Below, piece by piece: positions 59,311-64,000 of a stretch of 64,000 bases of DNA (position 1 is its first letter; each line of letters starts with the position of its first letter). This stretch comes from Patescibacteria group bacterium. GTDB taxonomy: Bacteria > Patescibacteriota > Microgenomatia > Woykebacterales > 2-01-FULL-43-14. The stretch spans positions 11,170 to 75,169 of the forward strand of contig JAMCZT010000033.1 of the NCBI GenBank assembly GCA_023485445.1, read 5' to 3'. The notes beneath the pieces were generated by a model. That model searched no databases and was not told the origin of the DNA. It saw only the letters and a program-made list of their open reading frames with translations. A program made the translations under genes and the position numbers.

Positions 59311-61557
59311 ATGAAGTTTCGAAGCCCGTTCGAATTAATAAAACCAAAGAAACCAGCCGAAAACGAAACGCCAAGCATCGTTGATGCCATCGGTCAGGGA
59401 ATGGTCGACGTCAAGGATATCATCGCCCCACCAGCGTTGGAGGTCGATTTTGATTTTGTTAAAATCGGGAACATGTTTTACCGAACCCTCTTTGTTTCCG
59501 GCTACCCGCGGTTTGTCGGAGCAAACTGGTTGGCCTCGGTAATTAATTTCGACCACACCCTTGACCTTTCTTTCTTTTATTATCCGGTGGAATCAAAGGG
59601 GGTTTTGGACGACTTAAAACGAAAAATTGCCGAGATGGAAGCTACAATCCAATCGGATGTAGAAAAAGGCCGCGTAGTCAATCCGGCCATCGAAGTCGCC
59701 CTCGAAGACGCACACGCCCTGCAAGAACAGCTCGTCAAAGGAACCGAAAGGTTTTTCCAGTTTGCTTTTTACATCACTATTCCGGCGGAAAGCCTGGAAG
59801 AGCTTAACGCCGTGACCAAAGAAGTCGAAGCAACCCTCGGAGCCTTGATGATCATCTCCAAGCATGCCACTCTTCAGATGGAGCAAGCTTTCCAATCAAC
59901 CATCCCCACCTGTTCTGACAAGCTTTACATTACTCGAAATATGGACACCACTTCGCTGGCAACCACTTTTCCCTTTACTTCTTCTGAATTGACCGCCAAC
60001 GAAGGAATTTTATACGGGATAAACGAACACAACGGCAGTTTAGTTATCTTTGACCGTTTCGCCATGGAAAACGCCAACGCCGTCGTTTTTGCCAAATCCG
60101 GTTCGGGTAAATCCTACCTAGTTAAGCTAGAGGCGCTGCGGTCACTAATGTTTGGCGCGGAAATTATCGTCATCGACCCCGAATCGGAATATAGAGTCTT
60201 AGCTGAAGCGATCGGCGGAGAATACATCAGCTTTTCTTTTGATTCCCCCGCGAAAATTAATCCTTTTGACCTTTCTGGGGTTTACGAAGAAGGGGAAAAT
60301 GAGCTTGGCTTAAAGATTCTTTCCTTACACGCCTTGTTTAGGGTTATGTTCGGCGAGCTTTCTGCCATGGAAGACGCCTTGCTCGATCGGGCTTTGATCA
60401 TGACTTACAAACTTAAAGGCATCACCCCCGATCCAGCCACACAAAAGAACGAACCGCCTTTGATGGAAGATTTGTATAAAGTTTTGATGGGCATGGAGGA
60501 GCTTGAAGCCCGGGGGATGGCCGACCGGGTCGAAAAATTCATCAAAGGCTCAATGTCGGGTATCTTTGACCAGCGCACCACCGTCAATCTTCGAAACACC
60601 TTTACGGTCTTTTCTATCCGAGATTTGGAAGACCAACTTCGTCCAATCGCGATGTTTATCATCCTCGACTACATCTGGACTCGAGTGAAAAGGGAGCAAA
60701 AGAGGCGGTTGCTAATCGTTGATGAGGCATGGTACCTGATGAAATACCCCGACAGCGCTACTTTCCTCTACTCAATCGCAAAAAGGGCTAGAAAATACTA
60801 TCTGGGGCTAACGACCATCACCCAGGATGTGGAGGATTTCTTAGCTGGCGATTACGGAAAGGCTATCGTGACCAACTCTTCCATCCAAATCCTTTTGAAA
60901 CAGTCCCCGGCCGCAATCGATAAGGTTGCCCAGGTCTTTTACCTCTCCCAAGGAGAAAAGCACTTGCTTTTGGCGGCAGAGGTCGGTGAAGGCCTTTTCT
61001 TTGCGGGAGCCAACCACGTCGCCATTCGGGTCCAAGCCGCACCGCACGAGCACCGCCTGATCACCACAAATCCGGCCGAACTAGAAAAGATTGCCAAGGA
61101 AGCCCAAGCGGCCAAACTCGCCCAGCAGCACCCCCTACCAGCGCAAACACCAATGAAAGTGGCGGAAAGTTTTCCCGCCCAGCCTACCTCGGAAGTCTCT
61201 AAACCAAGCCAATTCCAGCCAACACCGGTCGTCGAAAGCAATGTTAGCTCTTGGCCCCAACCAAAACCTGCTGGAGAAGCGGTCGTCCCTGTCCCAACGA
61301 TTGTCGAACCATTACCAGAAAAGGCTACCCCCCAAACCGTTACGACTGGACCCGTTCAAGTTCCTCAAAACCAGCCGTTCCAACCACCGTTCTCATCGCC
61401 AAGACCAGCCTCAGCGAGCGAACCTGTTGCTCCAAACTCAAATCAAAGCAAACCCATACCCTTCCAGGGAACTATTCGCCCAGCTTCCGAAGTCCAGTCG
61501 CTTTCCGACGAACCAGAAAGCACCACAACCTCGATTTCCTTAGGCAAGAAGTGGTAG
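59311..61557 (+). CDS. virB4: VirB4/TrbE/TraC-like T4SS ATPase with a ~170-aa Pro/Gln-rich C-terminal tail
   Basis: 748 aa. Walker A VVFAKSGSGKSYLVK, Walker B RRLLIVDEAWYLM, ..GLTTITQDVEDF.. (sensor/arginine-finger region). The low-complexity tail starts at about residue 580. Confidence 0.85.
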   Translation: MKFRSPFELIKPKKPAENETPSIVDAIGQGMVDVKDIIAPPALEVDFDFVKIGNMFYRTLFVSGYPRFVGANWLASVINFDHTLDLSFFYYPVESKGVLDDLKRKIAEMEATIQSDVEKGRVVNPAIEVALEDAHALQEQLVKGTERFFQFAFYITIPAESLEELNAVTKEVEATLGALMIISKHATLQMEQAFQSTIPTCSDKLYITRNMDTTSLATTFPFTSSELTANEGILYGINEHNGSLVIFDRFAMENANAVVFAKSGSGKSYLVKLEALRSLMFGAEIIVIDPESEYRVLAEAIGGEYISFSFDSPAKINPFDLSGVYEEGENELGLKILSLHALFRVMFGELSAMEDALLDRALIMTYKLKGITPDPATQKNEPPLMEDLYKVLMGMEELEARGMADRVEKFIKGSMSGIFDQRTTVNLRNTFTVFSIRDLEDQLRPIAMFIILDYIWTRVKREQKRRLLIVDEAWYLMKYPDSATFLYSIAKRARKYYLGLTTITQDVEDFLAGDYGKAIVTNSSIQILLKQSPAAIDKVAQVFYLSQGEKHLLLAAEVGEGLFFAGANHVAIRVQAAPHEHRLITTNPAELEKIAKEAQAAKLAQQHPLPAQTPMKVAESFPAQPTSEVSKPSQFQPTPVVESNVSSWPQPKPAGEAVVPVPTIVEPLPEKATPQTVTTGPVQVPQNQPFQPPFSSPRPASASEPVAPNSNQSKPIPFQGTIRPASEVQSLSDEPESTTTSISLGKKW

Positions 61558-61611
61558 GGTTTGTGATTACTTCATCTCTAGTAGCGCAACGCGATAAGGT
61601 CTTAGGAAAAG

Positions 61612-61914
61612 TTACTTGCTGCGTAATCTTGTCCAAAGTTTAACCACCGTCCGCTTACCTATTTCTTTATTTAGCTCATCAATCAATTGGGGGGAATGCA
61701 GGTGAAGCTCCTGAGCCCAAAGAGGGCTGGGGACGCGAATATATAAAGTACCGGATTGCAAACGAAAGGCTTTAGTCTTTTTGGCCTCTTCACCGATAAT
61801 CTTTACGGCAACCTTATTCCAAAGGTCTAACACCAAAGCCGCCCCTAAACCATCAGGGTTTCCGCTTCTCTCGATGGCTCTTGGCAATAAATTTTTCATC
61901 TTGATAAAGGTCAT
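61612..61914 (-). CDS. DUF721/DciA-like protein
   Basis: 100 aa. ..W...VG........R...G.L.I.V.S..WAQEL......LI..LN pattern. Canonical position immediately downstream of recF. Confidence 0.6.
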   Translation of the reverse strand: MTFIKMKNLLPRAIERSGNPDGLGAALVLDLWNKVAVKIIGEEAKKTKAFRLQSGTLYIRVPSPLWAQELHLHSPQLIDELNKEIGKRTVVKLWTRLRSK

Positions 61915-61918
61915 CTGT

Positions 61919-63154
61919 CTAATCCTCTTTTATTATTCCTTCCTTCACCTGAAAAACCTTGGCTTTATCCAAAACATTTTGGCTGATCATATCGAGCGAA
62001 GTAGCGGTAATTAGGGTTTGCTGCTTACTCACAAGCGATAAAAGATGTTGTCGGTGGGATTCATCAAACTCTGATAGAACATCGTCCAGCAAAAGGATTG
62101 GCTTTTGACCGCTTTCCTTTTCTTCAAAAGCCAATTCAGCCAATTTTAAGGCTAAAATTGCCGCCCGCTGCTCCCCTCTTGAACCGTAGACAGCCACGTC
62201 GGAGAGAATTTCCTCTTCTAAGTTGCTTTCCGTTGAAGCTACTTCTAGACGCTTACTAACAACCGAAAAATCATCCCTGTGGGGGCCTGTAGAAGTCGTA
62301 GTCCGTCTTATATCCCCTTCCTGATGTCTCGAGAGCTCCTTTAAAAAGTGCGCTTTTAGCAGGGCTTCCGTTATAGTTTTGTCCTTAGATACTTCTGCTA
62401 AACCAGGTTGATACTTGATTTGCAAACAAGCCTCTTGTATTCCTTGGCTAATCGGCCCAAGCAGTCCGTTCAATTGTTCCACAACCTCTCTTCGCCTAAG
62501 CCAAATAGCCGCCCCTAAACTAACCACCTGTTCGTCCCAAATTTCCAAATTTTCTTTCCGTCCTTCCTTAAGCCACCAAAGGACTCTGTTTCGAGATTTT
62601 ATCGCTTTTTGGTAAGCCGCTAAAGTAAAAAGGTATTTCCGATCGACCGCGCTAATCAAAACATCTAAGAATCTTCTTCTGTCTGCAGGCGGGCCGGTCA
62701 GGATGTTGATATCCTCAGGAGAAAAAAGCACGGCCTTGATTTCTCCAAGAGCTTCCAGTGCCTTTTTTTTTGTTTTATTAACCTTGATCTCCTTTTTTGT
62801 GGGAAAGTTCCCTCCAGGGGCGTGGTTGTGCTCGTCTGGCGTGATTTGCTCTAAAGAGGCATTCGTCATCCAGCCCGGAGATAGAAGATTTCCCTTGAGC
62901 AAACTCACCACGATTTCGACCTCGCTACTGTCTACTTTCCCCCAGACCCGGGCAAAATTTTGGCCAACCCTCACCAGCTGTGAATCTTTATCGGCCCGGA
63001 AGGACTTAATGGAAGAAAGAAGATAAATCGACTCTAAAATATTCGTCTTCCCCTGGGCGTTTTGCCCATAAAAAATTACGGGGCTGTTTGGCAGACCTAG
63101 CCTTAGATTTTTGATGTTGCGGAAATTGGTTAACTCAAGTTTGGATAAAAACAT
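61919..63154 (-). CDS. recF: DNA replication and repair protein RecF
   Basis: 411 aa. LELTNFRN, Walker A GQNAQGKTNILESI, signature ..GSRGEQRAAILALKLAE, Walker B ILLLDDVLSEFD. Confidence 0.9.
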   Translation of the reverse strand: MFLSKLELTNFRNIKNLRLGLPNSPVIFYGQNAQGKTNILESIYLLSSIKSFRADKDSQLVRVGQNFARVWGKVDSSEVEIVVSLLKGNLLSPGWMTNASLEQITPDEHNHAPGGNFPTKKEIKVNKTKKKALEALGEIKAVLFSPEDINILTGPPADRRRFLDVLISAVDRKYLFTLAAYQKAIKSRNRVLWWLKEGRKENLEIWDEQVVSLGAAIWLRRREVVEQLNGLLGPISQGIQEACLQIKYQPGLAEVSKDKTITEALLKAHFLKELSRHQEGDIRRTTTSTGPHRDDFSVVSKRLEVASTESNLEEEILSDVAVYGSRGEQRAAILALKLAELAFEEKESGQKPILLLDDVLSEFDESHRQHLLSLVSKQQTLITATSLDMISQNVLDKAKVFQVKEGIIKED

Positions 63155-63172
63155 GGTAGAAAAACAAAAAAT

Positions 63173-64000
63173 TTAATTTTGTAACCGGACGGGCATAATT
63201 ATCTGAAGGTAATTCTCCTCCCCGACAGGCTTAAAGACAACTGGAGATGTGGCTGAATTTAACTCTAAACTCACCTGAGTGGTATTCAAAGCGCTTAGGG
63301 TGTCAGTCAAATAACGGCTGCTAAAGGCGGCTTCTACTTCCTCACCTTCCAGAGAGGCTTCAAAACTGCTTGTGCCCTCCCCAAGTTGAGCCGTAGCTGA
63401 AAAGAGGGTGACGCGGTTTGTCTTAGGGTCCAGTTTAAGTCTAATCACGTTTCCTAAGTCTTTAGCAAAGACAGAAGCGGCCCGCACCGACTTCAAGAAG
63501 TCCTCCACTCCTACAACCAACCTAGTCGTAAAAGATTTCGGAATAATGTTTTGATATGGAGGATAAGTGCCGTCCAAAAGTCGTGTCGCCAACTGGATAT
63601 TTCCTAAGGCAAAAATGGCCTGGTTCTTACTTTTTGTTACCGCGACTTTAAGCATCTCCCCCTCCTCCGCCTCGCTGGCAACCTTGATCGCCTCCGAGAC
63701 AGATCGCGCGGGAATCACGACTCCTTCCCCTATCTCGGCTGTAACATCGAGTGTTTTTTTAGTCAAACGGTATCCATCGGTCGCCACGAGATTTAAACTT
63801 CCTTTAGCGGATTCAAAAAACACTCCGGTCAAGACTGGCCGCCCCTCGTCGGCGGAGGCGGCAAAAGCAACCTGCCCCGCTGCTTTTGAAAAAATCTTTG
63901 GATCAACTAATAAATTTGGTTCTTCCTCAAGTATTGGAATAGGCGGAAACTCACTTGCGGCAATACCGGCAATATTGGCTGAATAGCTCGCGCAAGTTAC
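63173..64000 (-). CDS. dnaN: DNA polymerase III beta sliding clamp, C-terminal ~275 codons (5' end outside window)
   Basis: The frame is open to the window edge. ..ATDGYRL..., YPPYQNIIP, ..MPVRLQN C-terminus. Precedes recF as in the canonical dnaA-dnaN-recF cluster. Confidence 0.9.
   Translation of the reverse strand, partial: VTCASYSANIAGIAASEFPPIPILEEEPNLLVDPKIFSKAAGQVAFAASADEGRPVLTGVFFESAKGSLNLVATDGYRLTKKTLDVTAEIGEGVVIPARSVSEAIKVASEAEEGEMLKVAVTKSKNQAIFALGNIQLATRLLDGTYPPYQNIIPKSFTTRLVVGVEDFLKSVRAASVFAKDLGNVIRLKLDPKTNRVTLFSATAQLGEGTSSFEASLEGEEVEAAFSSRYLTDTLSALNTTQVSLELNSATSPVVFKPVGEENYLQIIMPVRLQN

Noticed and set aside
61241-61643. Two overlapping plus-strand ORFs (100 and 130 aa) and minus-strand ORFs at 60841-61241
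   Set aside because: They are alternative frames of the Pro/Gln-rich VirB4 tail. The low-complexity, G+C-richer sequence keeps several frames open.

Overview
This is a 64-kb window from a small, streamlined, AT-leaning bacterial genome. From gene content and style I infer a Patescibacteria/CPR-like organism: many short membrane proteins, almost no biosynthesis genes, and TrbC/VirB2-type pilin paralogs. No database search was possible.

I can support about 70 protein genes, 10 tRNAs (all with encoded CCA), one tmRNA, one T-box leader, and several near-consensus sigma-70 promoters and terminators.

**Layout.** Positions 1-42.6 kb are mostly minus-strand housekeeping genes. These include a nifS-like fragment, four glycosyltransferases, mutM, polA, ftsH, trpS, a xerC/D-like gene, rpoD, dnaG, comFC, ssrA and smpB. 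They are interrupted by small accessory or decaying patches. The right end carries dciA-like, recF and dnaN on the minus strand, so the chromosomal origin is probably just beyond 64000.

**Main candidate system (42.6-61.6 kb).** This is a mostly plus-strand, type-IV-secretion-like surface-filament locus. It contains:
- ten tandem VirB2/TrbC-like two-TM pilin paralogs;
- an antisense GT39 glycosyltransferase embedded in the array;
- a VirB1-like lytic transglycosylase and a C39-like peptidase;
- a VirB6-like polytopic protein;
- a G+C-richer 550-aa orphan gene on the opposite strand;
- a PrgI/VirB3-like fusion protein, a VirB4-N-domain-like protein and a VirB4 ATPase.

The window contains no coupling protein, relaxase, VirB8-11 or recognisable oriT.

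**Other notable items:**
- a T-box riboswitch followed by a Trp-rich 59-codon ORF ahead of trpS;
- a 23-nt exact repeat shared by that ORF and the dnaG start region;
- several apparently leaderless genes;
- a PolA with no 3'-5' exonuclease domain;
- an rdgB pseudogene;
- tRNA-Ile(UAU) with a decayed 3'-half copy nearby;
- a GHKL-STAS / Fic / Trypco2-like islet next to tRNA-Asn;
- tandem heptamer arrays abutting promoters.

All coordinates of RNA ends and promoters were read by hand and may be off by a few nt.
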